The notes under the pieces were generated by a model, which had not been told where the DNA came from, did no database searches, and worked only from the letters and a program-made list of their open reading frames with translations. Shown here in pieces: positions 16,341-24,742 of a stretch of DNA of 64,000 nucleotides. Made by a program: the position numbers and the translations under genes. The first letter of the stretch is position 1. The number at the start of each line of letters is the position of its first letter. The stretch lies in sequence record PV037725.1; one strand, written 5' to 3'.

Positions 16341-16702
16341 ATACCACACGGCCCAACGAGCAGCTTCAGGATGCGATGGAGGACCTTCAAGTGTATAGTG
16401 GGGATCAGTGCGATCTTATCAATCACCGTATACCCCGAATTTGGGTGGGTTTTATTATAGTGAGCTAACCGCTATCCTCACTCCCAATCGTCGAAGGCTG
16501 GGGACCTCCGACTTACGCTAGGTCGAGCAGACATTCGTCCACCCTTCACTGGTCTAACTAGACCAATGTAAATACACTACAACACACTCTCCGGCGACTA
16601 CGGGTCTTTTCCCTCATCCTAAGGCCCAGGGTCTTCTCACGCTTACGAGGCGCTGGCACTATCGTAATTCGCATGTGTGTTGTATTCCCGTGCACAGGAA
16701 TA
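16341..16702 (-). ncRNA. candidate structured ncRNA C (~360 nt) downstream of tRNA-Ser
   Basis: No credible ORF; helices 16683-702, 16675-82/16580-87 (8 bp perfect), 16550-65, 16460-81, 16400-36. Confidence 0.6.
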
Positions 16703-16790
16703 TGGAGGTAAGAAAGAGATTTGAACTCTTGGGGCTATTACACCCTCTGGTTTTCAAGACCAGCGCATTAAGCCACTCTGCCACCTTACC
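16703..16790 (-). tRNA. trnS: tRNA-Ser (TGA)
   Basis: Anticodon arm CTGGT-CTTGAAA-ACCAG, long variable arm, encoded CCA. Confidence 0.95.
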
Positions 16791-16796
16791 GTAATT

Positions 16797-16882
16797 TGGA
16801 GCACACGACAGGATTCGAACCTGTAACCTCCTGCGATGATCTTTCACATCGTAGGACTCTATCCAATTGAGATTACGCCTGC
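16797..16882 (-). ncRNA. tRNA-like RNA with extended anticodon arm
   Basis: Acceptor stem, D-loop AATTGGATAGAG, T-arm ACAGG-TTCGAAT-CCTGT and CCA present; anticodon arm is 26 nt rather than 17. Confidence 0.8.
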
Positions 16883-16884
16883 TT

Positions 16885-16900
16885 TACATAGTATTACACA
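16885..16900 (-). promoter_or_regulatory. late-type promoter (TATG) of the tRNA-like/tRNA-Ser unit
   Basis: TGTGTAATACTATGTA, identical 16-mer to 17984-17999. Confidence 0.7.
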
Positions 16901-16953
16901 CTCGGTAATCTTTCGCATTCATTGATCTTGCTTCAGTTATATGGTCAATTACT

Positions 16954-17715
16954 ATGAAACTAAACGAGGACACGCCAGTGTTAGATATTTTATTAGCCGT
17001 ATCAGTAACTAAGTCCAGTGACGACTATCCACTGTCAGGGCCGGGTCCAAAATCATTAGTATTTGGAGATACCACACTCGGCTACTTTGGTGAGGTTAGT
17101 TCGGCAGACTTGATCACATTAGCCGATCTCCGAACTCAATTGAATTTTACAACAGGTACCAATTTCGGGAGCTGGAATGGGCAATGGATTAAGATGTATG
17201 TTGATCAAAAGGTCATATTCTTCCCCACAGCTAAGGTAGCCACTGACATCACATGGAATGACCTCTATAATAAAGGGTTGATCTATGGCATCGATGGAAA
17301 TGGTGCATACCCGAGTTCCACACCTACTAACCAACTCAAAGTGGTAACAGCTAAAGGTAGCAACTTTAAGGTCAGGTGTTTCAAAGCTTGTTCATCCGAC
17401 CCGTCAGGAATGGGTGGTATTGAAAACCTCGGTAATACAACAAATCCACTACTTTTAAATGGTGAATGGTATCGTGTTATTGCGTCAATCACTACACCTA
17501 AACTAACCTCGTATACCGGCATCTATCGACCGATATATACTCAAACAACTAGTATCTTACCAGTTGGTACGACACCCTATGCTTGGGCGCAGGAAACACG
17601 AAATCAAACATTTGTAACCAACGGTCTGACTGTTAACAATACTCAGGTTGCTCCATCTAACGTAAAAGCATCCGCTCTACTTGCTTGGTTACCGGTTCTA
17701 GAATTGGTTACTTAA
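16954..17715 (+). CDS. putative virion structural protein (phiKZ-like paralogue family)
   Basis: GPGPK.L..G....GYFGEV, W.K....K..F.P, C-terminal W.PVLEL; paralogue of 18012..18689. Confidence 0.6.
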   Translation: MKLNEDTPVLDILLAVSVTKSSDDYPLSGPGPKSLVFGDTTLGYFGEVSSADLITLADLRTQLNFTTGTNFGSWNGQWIKMYVDQKVIFFPTAKVATDITWNDLYNKGLIYGIDGNGAYPSSTPTNQLKVVTAKGSNFKVRCFKACSSDPSGMGGIENLGNTTNPLLLNGEWYRVIASITTPKLTSYTGIYRPIYTQTTSILPVGTTPYAWAQETRNQTFVTNGLTVNNTQVAPSNVKASALLAWLPVLELVT

Positions 17716-17717
17716 CA

Positions 17718-17751
17718 CCATAAAGCCCCTCCGTAATGGAGGGGCAATATT
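17718..17751 (+). terminator. terminator, GCCCCTCC family
   Basis: CATA-AA-GCCCCTCC-GTAAT-GGAGGGGC-AA-TAT. Confidence 0.75.
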
Positions 17752-17762
17752 TCGTTTTAGAT

Positions 17763-17793
17763 GGCATAAGAGAAAGCCGAAGCTCTCTCTTAG
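17763..17793 (-). terminator. terminator of the tRNA-Tyr/Asn transcript
   Basis: Minus strand AGAGAGAGC-TTCG-GCTTTCTCT-TATG. Confidence 0.7.
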
Positions 17794-17796
17794 TAT

Positions 17797-17872
17797 TGGC
17801 TCCAGGACCGTGACTCGAACACGGGACAAACACGTTAACAGCGTGCTGCTCTACCAACTGAGCTATCCTGGA
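17797..17872 (-). tRNA. trnN: tRNA-Asn (GTT)
   Basis: 76-nt cloverleaf, GCACG-CTGTTAA-CGTGT, encoded CCA. Confidence 0.95.
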
Positions 17873-17878
17873 ATAATT

Positions 17879-17962
17879 TGGTGGTTGGAGAAGGATTCGA
17901 ACCTTCGAAGAATCAACAAGGGATTTACAGTCCCCCGGCTTTGACCACTTACCTACCCAACC
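17879..17962 (-). tRNA. trnY: tRNA-Tyr (GTA)
   Basis: GGGGA-CTGTAAA-TCCCT, long variable arm, encoded CCA. Confidence 0.95.
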
Positions 17963-17983
17963 AGACGTAGGGCAATAGAGTCC

Positions 17984-17999
17984 TACATAGTATTACACA
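17984..17999 (-). promoter_or_regulatory. late-type promoter (TATG) of the tRNA-Tyr/Asn unit
   Basis: TGTGTAATACTATGTA. Confidence 0.7.
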
Positions 18000-18011
18000 T
18001 TAAGTATACTT

Positions 18012-18689
18012 TTACGCAAGTTCTATAACTGGGCGCCATCCACGATTCGTTGCAAAGCTCGACGCTGGGGAATGGGCGGTACTAATATTGTTGGCCCCGT
18101 TTCCTCGACACAGTACACCCACAGGTTCACCTGTGCTTGGCGCAGCTACTTCTTGACAGAGCTGTACTCCACCGGTCGTATACATACCAAGTTCTTCTGG
18201 AGTGAAGGCTACAAAATTAGGTAACGTTTGACTTGGCGGATCTACTGAACATACACGATACATTAAACGGTTGTATTCACTGCTCCATGTTTGTTCAGGG
18301 TCAGCTGCGTTGTTTACCCCTGTATATGGGTCAGTGTTGGAACCGTGCATAAGTCGAACTTTATACAGTCTACCCTTGATGGCTAACTTAGCTGTACCGA
18401 ATACCGCCCCAGTAGAATTTATACTGTCCCAACTTAGGTTGTAACGCAATGGTAATTTTGGAACAAACGTTGTTTTCCCACCATAAGAAAACTTTAACCA
18501 GTCCGTGGTGCTGTTAATAGATGTACCAGCCGAAAGTCCTATGGTGGCGGCTAGTACGTCACCCGTAATAAAATCTGTACCCGGTAAAGTACCATAGTAA
18601 CCGGCAGCTGAGTTACCAGCAACTAGTTGCTTAGGTCCAGGTAGGGTATCAATATACTCAGCCTGGGTTGTTAAAAGTGCCTCTATCAT
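18012..18689 (-). CDS. putative virion structural protein (phiKZ-like paralogue family)
   Basis: PGPKQL..G....GYYG, WLKF...GK..FVP, C-terminal GWRPVIEL. Confidence 0.6.
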   Translation of the reverse strand: MIEALLTTQAEYIDTLPGPKQLVAGNSAAGYYGTLPGTDFITGDVLAATIGLSAGTSINSTTDWLKFSYGGKTTFVPKLPLRYNLSWDSINSTGAVFGTAKLAIKGRLYKVRLMHGSNTDPYTGVNNAADPEQTWSSEYNRLMYRVCSVDPPSQTLPNFVAFTPEELGMYTTGGVQLCQEVAAPSTGEPVGVLCRGNGANNISTAHSPASSFATNRGWRPVIELA

Positions 18690-18733
18690 TGTAACACCCA
18701 TTTAATTTAATATGAACATATTATTGCATTGCG

Positions 18734-18767
18734 GCATAAACCTCTCCATTACGGAGAGGCTATATGT
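18734..18767 (-). terminator. terminator, GCCCCTCC family variant
   Basis: GCATA-AA-CCTCTCC-ATTAC-GGAGAGG-C-TATATG. Confidence 0.65.
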
Positions 18768-18771
18768 TTGC

Positions 18772-18984
18772 TTAGCGACAATGAAACGCCATTGGGTGTC
18801 TAACTGCTGCAACACATGGGACGTAGGGAATACCCTTCTCCTCACAGATCCGACGGTATTCCTTATCTGACGCGATAGCCGCTTGGAGCAGTTCTTCCAT
18901 ACGAATGCGTTTTTGCTTACGCTCTTCTGGGGTCTGGTTATCCATGGCTTCACGAATGCGTTGGAGATTGAGTACAGGTACCAT
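18772..18984 (-). CDS. hypothetical protein
   Basis: GAGGA RBS; TPEE..RMEEL segment loosely like the 15-kb array. Confidence 0.6.
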   Translation of the reverse strand: MVPVLNLQRIREAMDNQTPEERKQKRIRMEELLQAAIASDKEYRRICEEKGIPYVPCVAAVRHPMAFHCR

Positions 18985-18995
18985 GATGTTTCCTC

Positions 18996-19805
18996 TTAAC
19001 CCAAGAATACAAAGCGGGTATTGATACGACCAAGTCTGGCGAAGAGTCGATAGAGACTGTTCAGGTTGATCTGATCACTGTGGATATAACGAGCCACACC
19101 TTTAATGACTACCAAATTGAAGTTCTGCTGGAACTCTGGGATGTCTATTAAAGCATTTGCCAAGATACGTCCTTCTGCCAACCACTTAGTATCGCCGTAT
19201 GCATCACCTTCGATTTCTTCGTATTGAGCCGCATTAAGGAATTGCATTGCAGCACGAGTGTCGTTTGGAAAGAGGTTAATCACACCTTCCTCAATTACAC
19301 GACGTTGATTGTTAGCGATATCCATGAGTTGATTGAAGGCTGGTACGGGACTACCCTTCGCAGTGTCTTCATGATACTGGCTACCGTCAATTACAACCAT
19401 GTCATCACCATGGTGGTAATAAAGCCAACTCACAATGGAATGTTCAGCATCGCCGATAATGTCACCGCTGATAAATGTCGAGTCATCACGGAACTTAGTC
19501 CAGGCTGGCGCTTCACATCGTGTGACCGTATTGTCCAGATAAATTCCAGAATGGAACTTACGTGCAATTAGTTTTGCGATGGCTTCACCATGGGACAGAT
19601 CACGGTCGTCATTCGCTGCAACGCAGCTACCGTCATCATCGTTGATAAAGTAGTGGAAAAGGGCATCTACCCCTACTCGGTACTTATGTGCTACGCTGTC
19701 CACATCGGTTTCTAAGGCCTGTGCACCGTTACGGGTTTTACGTAAATATACTGGTTGATAGCTGGCTTCTTCTACTAATGTGCTTACTTCGGTTTTATTT
19801 GACAT
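18996..19805 (-). CDS. hypothetical protein
   Basis: AGGA RBS; 269 aa. Confidence 0.75.
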   Translation of the reverse strand: MSNKTEVSTLVEEASYQPVYLRKTRNGAQALETDVDSVAHKYRVGVDALFHYFINDDDGSCVAANDDRDLSHGEAIAKLIARKFHSGIYLDNTVTRCEAPAWTKFRDDSTFISGDIIGDAEHSIVSWLYYHHGDDMVVIDGSQYHEDTAKGSPVPAFNQLMDIANNQRRVIEEGVINLFPNDTRAAMQFLNAAQYEEIEGDAYGDTKWLAEGRILANALIDIPEFQQNFNLVVIKGVARYIHSDQINLNSLYRLFARLGRINTRFVFLG

Positions 19806-19900
19806 TTCTGTATCCTATTCCCCATTGGGATGTGGTATCAGTTTATAGTAGCGTGATTGCTACGTACCATTAACCTAACCAGTATACTTTCAGACGTCAT

Positions 19901-19937
19901 AAAACCCACAACCTAGTTAGACTAAGCCGTGGGTTTT
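19901..19937 (-). terminator. hairpin/terminator
   Basis: AAAACCCAC...GTGGGTTTT inverted repeat downstream of 19989..21479. Confidence 0.5.
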
Positions 19938-19988
19938 AAGAGGACTTACCAGAAAAATCAAGTAATTCAAGGTGTTACATATAATTGA

Positions 19989-21479
19989 CTATTTTGCAGA
20001 CGCTTCCATAATCATCAATGTACCACGTACAATACCATCAATGTTGTCCCAAGCATTTGAGAAACTACGATAGAACGATTCTTCAATGTTCTCAATACTC
20101 TCACCAATCTTCAGCGATAGTTCACGAGCACTACCCTGTAACTTAGCCGTCTCAGTTCCTTCTCGACCATAACGCAGTTTATCTGAATCGGTATACGCCA
20201 AACGATAAAGTCCGAAGGTGAATGGCGCGTCAGTTTGACGGCGATACTTAACTGCTTCCTCAAAGACAACCGCGGTAGTAAGTAGCGCCTTACCATCTAG
20301 AGCTTTTACATCACCTGGACCCCCCAGATTGAGTTCTTGAGCTTGATCGAATGTAGTTACCTTACGCACCTCAAACATATCCAGCAAAGCTTTTATCTTA
20401 GCTTCGTCACCACTGGACAATGCCTTGGTAAATTTACTAAGGTATTCAACTTCTTCTTTTACATACTGACTCAAAGATTTAAAAGAATTGGCATTGGTTT
20501 GTTTTACTTTATCAAACATAGCCTGGGGGTTTTTGGCAACGTCTATAAAGCTTTTAACTTTTACTTGAGTGTTGTCATTGAGTCGACGAGCCTTCACCCA
20601 CTCTGGATTACCGTACGTCGATTTAACTGCATCTACGGCTTCGTCGTATGCAGCGTTGATCTTAGGTAAGTCCTCGTAGTTACCACCGAACAGGTAACGA
20701 ATGGCACCCCAGATACCTTCGTTACTTGCTTGTAGTTTACTCACATGGCTTAGCGCCCCATCCACAACATCTTCCAGTGCCTGAGTTGCGTTTACCGGTT
20801 GATCGTCAATGGACTCTGTGGATACCTTAGTGGTGTAGCCCATCGACTCTAGGCCCACAGTCATGATACCGCGTGCAACTGGATCTAAGCCATCTGCACC
20901 TGCGGTGGTGATCTGCTCTTTATATTTTTCCAAGGTAACTTGGTTAGGTGTTGCGATTTTAATAGTCATGGTATTTCTAAATGCCTGTATTAGTAGTAGA
21001 CGACGATAGCCCTCTGGATTGTACTGCTCCATTCCGGGCTTAATCGTGATGGTACCTTTATAGTTACGCCCTGCATAGTTAGGTCCTACTATTCGGGTAA
21101 TGTAGGAGTTCAACCCTTTACCCGCCATAGCTAGTCTACGCATGTAATCTAGTGTTTGTTGGTCTGTAGACTTGAGGGTGTACAGATACCGTGACCCATC
21201 TGAGAACATCACGACTAACCAGTCTTCCCCGTGGTCATAACCACGTACGCTGGAGTTACCTCCAACGTTAGCATAGTCGAAAGTATGTCGATGAACTTCT
21301 AACAGTTCGGCCAATGCTGTTGGCGTTACGCCTAACTCATCGGCCAGTTCTTCGTCAGTGTCTTGCCAATAGCCTGAGGTTACATCTTCCCAGTATTGCT
21401 TGACTGTATCGAACGCATCTTCGTTGGAAATACCCCTAGGGCAAGTCAGTCGATCGATCAGTCTTTTCAGTGAGTCCAT
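19989..21479 (-). CDS. putative internal head protein with KTSC-like domain
   Basis: Repeated S/A/G-x-E motifs (SNE, GLE, STE, ALE, SNE) typical of phiKZ prohead-protease substrates; YANVGGNSSV..Y..G.D...V.F.DG..Y.Y...GLNSYI KTSC-like segment. Confidence 0.6.
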   Translation of the reverse strand: MDSLKRLIDRLTCPRGISNEDAFDTVKQYWEDVTSGYWQDTDEELADELGVTPTALAELLEVHRHTFDYANVGGNSSVRGYDHGEDWLVVMFSDGSRYLYTLKSTDQQTLDYMRRLAMAGKGLNSYITRIVGPNYAGRNYKGTITIKPGMEQYNPEGYRRLLLIQAFRNTMTIKIATPNQVTLEKYKEQITTAGADGLDPVARGIMTVGLESMGYTTKVSTESIDDQPVNATQALEDVVDGALSHVSKLQASNEGIWGAIRYLFGGNYEDLPKINAAYDEAVDAVKSTYGNPEWVKARRLNDNTQVKVKSFIDVAKNPQAMFDKVKQTNANSFKSLSQYVKEEVEYLSKFTKALSSGDEAKIKALLDMFEVRKVTTFDQAQELNLGGPGDVKALDGKALLTTAVVFEEAVKYRRQTDAPFTFGLYRLAYTDSDKLRYGREGTETAKLQGSARELSLKIGESIENIEESFYRSFSNAWDNIDGIVRGTLMIMEASAK

Positions 21480-21548
21480 AGCTGCACACCATTATAAATT
21501 AAACATATCATTAGGCGTCCTGTAAACCTAGCTTTTAAGTAAATGCGA

Positions 21549-21578
21549 AATAAAGCCCCTCCCGAAGGAGGGACGATA
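21549..21578 (-). terminator. terminator, GCCCCTCC family
   Basis: Minus strand TCCCTCC-TTCG-GGAGGGG-CTTTATTT. Confidence 0.75.
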
Positions 21579-21656
21579 TCGACCAACCAACACTAAAGGA
21601 GAGACCAAATCATGCAACACCAAGCACTCAATTGGGTAGTTAAGCAATCACTACAT
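21550..21656 (-). ncRNA. candidate ~105-nt sRNA
   Basis: TGCAATACTATGTA promoter (21652-65) followed by a UUCG terminator with no minus-strand ORF; contains CTCCTT. Confidence 0.4.
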
Positions 21657-21676
21657 AGTATTGCATAATTTATCTC

Positions 21677-21973
21677 TTAGACTTCCTTAGTGGCAAGTTC
21701 AGCAATGTAGTCTTTAATGATAGCTTCTAGTTCAGCTTCAGGTCGCCCATCTGCCCACCACTGATAATCATTAAAATGATTTACACAGCTATCGGTTATC
21801 ACCGTCTCGACGAACCATGCGCCAAACTTATGTCGGGTAACTAAGGTTACCCGTTTATCGTCAGGGTATAGGCTTTTGATGAATCGTGCCAGCTCATTAA
21901 TAACCTCACGGTTAGATGCAACTGGACCATTTGATCGTTGTGTCATCCATTGGGGTATCAGTTCATATAGCAT
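21677..21973 (-). CDS. hypothetical protein
   Basis: 98 aa, downstream of nrdB. Confidence 0.65.
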   Translation of the reverse strand: MLYELIPQWMTQRSNGPVASNREVINELARFIKSLYPDDKRVTLVTRHKFGAWFVETVITDSCVNHFNDYQWWADGRPEAELEAIIKDYIAELATKEV

Positions 21974-21986
21974 GTTAGTCTACCTG

Positions 21987-23147
21987 TTAGAAATCAACTG
22001 CGAATGTGGGTTGCTCATTCTTGGTATTGATCACGTTGACTTGGTATTGATTGTTGTCAACCTCTTGTGGGGACGTCTGGTTCTTCGACAAGTCCAAGTA
22101 TTCAGTCATGTAAGGGAGTGGATTCTTATCAGGCCATTCCAAGTCAAAGCCAGCTACTTCCAAGAACTCGGCACGCATCTCATCGGTGACGCCACCTTTA
22201 TGTCCAGTGAAGGTACCCGCAGCATTACCGTTAAACAGAACCCATTGGATCATCTTCTTCAGTGTAACGCCCGGCAATTCACGGCCTTCAGAGAACAGGT
22301 AGATCAACCAACGCACTTCGGACATGAGGATTTCCCAGAACATCTGAGAACATTCTTCTTTGGTTTGATCATAGGCAAGGCGCCCACGTTCAGTTTTCAA
22401 CAGAGCCTTGATTACTTCCTGACCGTACTGTGCATGGATCTCGAATTCGTCGATAGCGATCTTCTGAACACCCATCACGATCGGTTGGAACATACCCAAC
22501 TTACCGAGTGCGAAGGTTACAGCAAACGATGCCATGAACTGAACGCGTTCAAGGTAGTACAGAGCCATGAAGAACTTGAAGATCTTGTTGTACAGAGCTT
22601 GGTCATTAGGGATCTGACGAAGAGCATATGCATGAGATGCATCGTGAGCTTCACCCATGATCTTAGCAACGGTCACCAAACGCTCTTGTGCTTCTTCTAC
22701 ACGCAAGATCTCATCCAAGATAACCTGAGGGTCCTTGAAAGAGTTACGAACGATCTCGGAGTACGTCAGAGCGTGCAAGTCTTCGTTGTCGTTGATACGT
22801 ACGTAGCCAGCCCACACACGGGAGTCAGTTACTACTGGACCAAGGATGTTTACGATTGCACGCGAAGCAGTCGCGTCAGCTTCCCACTGCCATGCCAGAG
22901 TCTTGATCATCATGTCGTAGAACTGTTTATCACAGGTCTCGAATTCATGCAGGCAGTCGCCGTAAGGGAATTCGTTTTCATCCCAGTCCATACTACGTAG
23001 ACGTTTGTACAGATCGAACAGCGCAGGGTGATGGTTGTGAATCGAGTCAAACAGACCAGGTTCTTGACCCAGAATAATTTCCGGAGAATCGTAGTCGGTT
23101 TTGTTGTTGTTAAAGATCTTGATCGGTAGGTCTACTTTCTTGGACAT
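21987..23147 (-). CDS. nrdB: ribonucleotide reductase class Ia beta subunit
   Basis: Di-iron motifs EDLHALTY (with radical Tyr), LERVQF, DEFEIH; C-terminal QETE-like PQEVD. Confidence 0.93.
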   Translation of the reverse strand: MSKKVDLPIKIFNNNKTDYDSPEIILGQEPGLFDSIHNHHPALFDLYKRLRSMDWDENEFPYGDCLHEFETCDKQFYDMMIKTLAWQWEADATASRAIVNILGPVVTDSRVWAGYVRINDNEDLHALTYSEIVRNSFKDPQVILDEILRVEEAQERLVTVAKIMGEAHDASHAYALRQIPNDQALYNKIFKFFMALYYLERVQFMASFAVTFALGKLGMFQPIVMGVQKIAIDEFEIHAQYGQEVIKALLKTERGRLAYDQTKEECSQMFWEILMSEVRWLIYLFSEGRELPGVTLKKMIQWVLFNGNAAGTFTGHKGGVTDEMRAEFLEVAGFDLEWPDKNPLPYMTEYLDLSKNQTSPQEVDNNQYQVNVINTKNEQPTFAVDF

Positions 23148-23204
23148 TACTGGGCCTTTTGATTAAACGTGTTTGTCTGTATTAGATACAGCATCTGAGT
23201 AGAT

Positions 23205-23243
23205 TATTGAAAGTGTTTTAAAGAGTATATTACTACTGTGTAA
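23205..23243 (+). promoter_or_regulatory. early phage promoter (TATATTAC at 23226-33)
   Basis: TTATTGAAAGTGTTTTAAAGAGTATATTACTACTGTG. Confidence 0.7.
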
Positions 23244-23336
23244 TACCGTAGTACTCTTTATCACATCCCCGCTATGTGATGGTCTAAACTTTCAGAGGAT
23301 TCATTATGATCCATAATACAGCTTAAGGTAACAACT

Positions 23337-23669
23337 ATGTTTGCAAGACTTTGTACCACTGGTAAAGCAATAATTCCAACGGCCTCGTTGCAACACGACA
23401 TAAAGTGCATAGTGAACGGAATTACAGTTCCGTTCACTATGGCTAACGACGAGGTTCATTGCTTTGGACTATTCGACTCGTGTAATCGATTAATAGGCTA
23501 CTTCGGAAATCAAGGACTAGTCTCTGATTTACGTGATGCTACTTATATCGACGGGTTTATGGAACCGATGGCGACAGGCGTTCCAATAGGAAGCTATGTT
23601 AAATCGGTGTCCAAATATTACAAGTCTACTGACTGTAATATGTACTACAAAGTACGCACGTTACATTAA
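23337..23669 (+). CDS. hypothetical protein
   Basis: 110-aa ORF after the early promoter; weak RBS (AAGGT). Confidence 0.45.
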   Translation: MFARLCTTGKAIIPTASLQHDIKCIVNGITVPFTMANDEVHCFGLFDSCNRLIGYFGNQGLVSDLRDATYIDGFMEPMATGVPIGSYVKSVSKYYKSTDCNMYYKVRTLH

Positions 23670-23745
23670 CACGTAGTAAAAACTGTGGTGTACTGTTAGC
23701 GCAGTATACCACTCTACATATTATTGCAGTCCGAGTATTTCTTTT

Positions 23746-24342
23746 ATGTCTGAGCAATATTACCGTGTGAAGGTCGAGTGGCCTATACCGTACTGTGTTC
23801 GTGACTTGTTCGGTGTAACCGATCAGGTCCACACCATCTTCGACAGTCGTTTCTATACTACGGCAACTACACTTCGAGATGTCCATCTCGATATTCAGGC
23901 ACACCTTGCCAAGCATTACGCTGAGAAAGGCTTGAACGAGGCAGAAGACCTTGATGACCTTCAGTTGGATTTACCCGCCGACGAAGTACTTCAAATGTAT
24001 AATCGTACGTGCCAACCACACAGTTTCGAAGTTGAGGTGATCAACGATCCTGAGCAGGTCGATTTGATCACACGGGCAATCGAACAACGTGACATGGTTA
24101 GGCCTATCAGTCAGCTGATGACCCTGGGTCTCATACCTAAGCCCAGTAGTTGGAAGGCCCCAATGTTTGAGTTGGGTGAACACCATTACAATTTGGATCG
24201 TGCTGTTGGTAGAATACTACGTCCGTTCCAGCAGGATGATACTTTCGATATACTGAAAGAGCTGGTGGAAAAGGGTGATGCTTTAATCCGTGAACTGCAA
24301 ACCCATGCGCATTCCGTAATCAAACAAGTTAAAGGCGCCTAA
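23746..24342 (+). CDS. hypothetical protein
   Basis: 198-aa ORF. Confidence 0.7.
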   Translation: MSEQYYRVKVEWPIPYCVRDLFGVTDQVHTIFDSRFYTTATTLRDVHLDIQAHLAKHYAEKGLNEAEDLDDLQLDLPADEVLQMYNRTCQPHSFEVEVINDPEQVDLITRAIEQRDMVRPISQLMTLGLIPKPSSWKAPMFELGEHHYNLDRAVGRILRPFQQDDTFDILKELVEKGDALIRELQTHAHSVIKQVKGA

Positions 24343-24343
24343 C

Positions 24344-24742
24344 GTGACTAAGATAAAACAACTTCCGCTCGATGTTCTCAAGCGTGAACAGTTTGAAGAC
24401 AAGCGTAGTTATGAAAACGCTGTCTGGTACCTCACGCATCTGAACGACCTCGTGATGCTACACAATAGCGGGTACGTTCTGTTTGACGATGGCCGTCAGT
24501 TCGTCCCCGAGTTGCACGTAAGTTATTACACCGCGCAAGACGGGTTGCATGACGCGGATGAAGGTGAATTTGACAAAACTGGTGAAGTCAAATTCATCGG
24601 TTTCGGCACCTGGGGTGTTATCGGGTGTGCTCGCTGCCTGAAGAAAGGTCGCATCTATGTTTCCAAACGTGAAGCAAAGGGTGTACTCAAGGCAATAACT
24701 GTCGTACATAAGTCCGACTTCCATAAATTTCTGGATCTGTAA
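24344..24742 (+). CDS. hypothetical protein (paralogue of 24745..25152)
   Basis: EQF...RSY..A.W motif. Confidence 0.7.
   Translation: MTKIKQLPLDVLKREQFEDKRSYENAVWYLTHLNDLVMLHNSGYVLFDDGRQFVPELHVSYYTAQDGLHDADEGEFDKTGEVKFIGFGTWGVIGCARCLKKGRIYVSKREAKGVLKAITVVHKSDFHKFLDL

Noticed and set aside
16659-16847. ORFs overlapping tRNA genes (16659..16847, 13057..13284)
   Set aside because: They are translations of the tRNA sequences, not genes.
21876-23000. 374-aa antisense ORF over nrdB (also 27520..28455 over nrdA)
   Set aside because: Fully opposite conserved enzymes and has no recognisable motifs; a codon-bias artefact.
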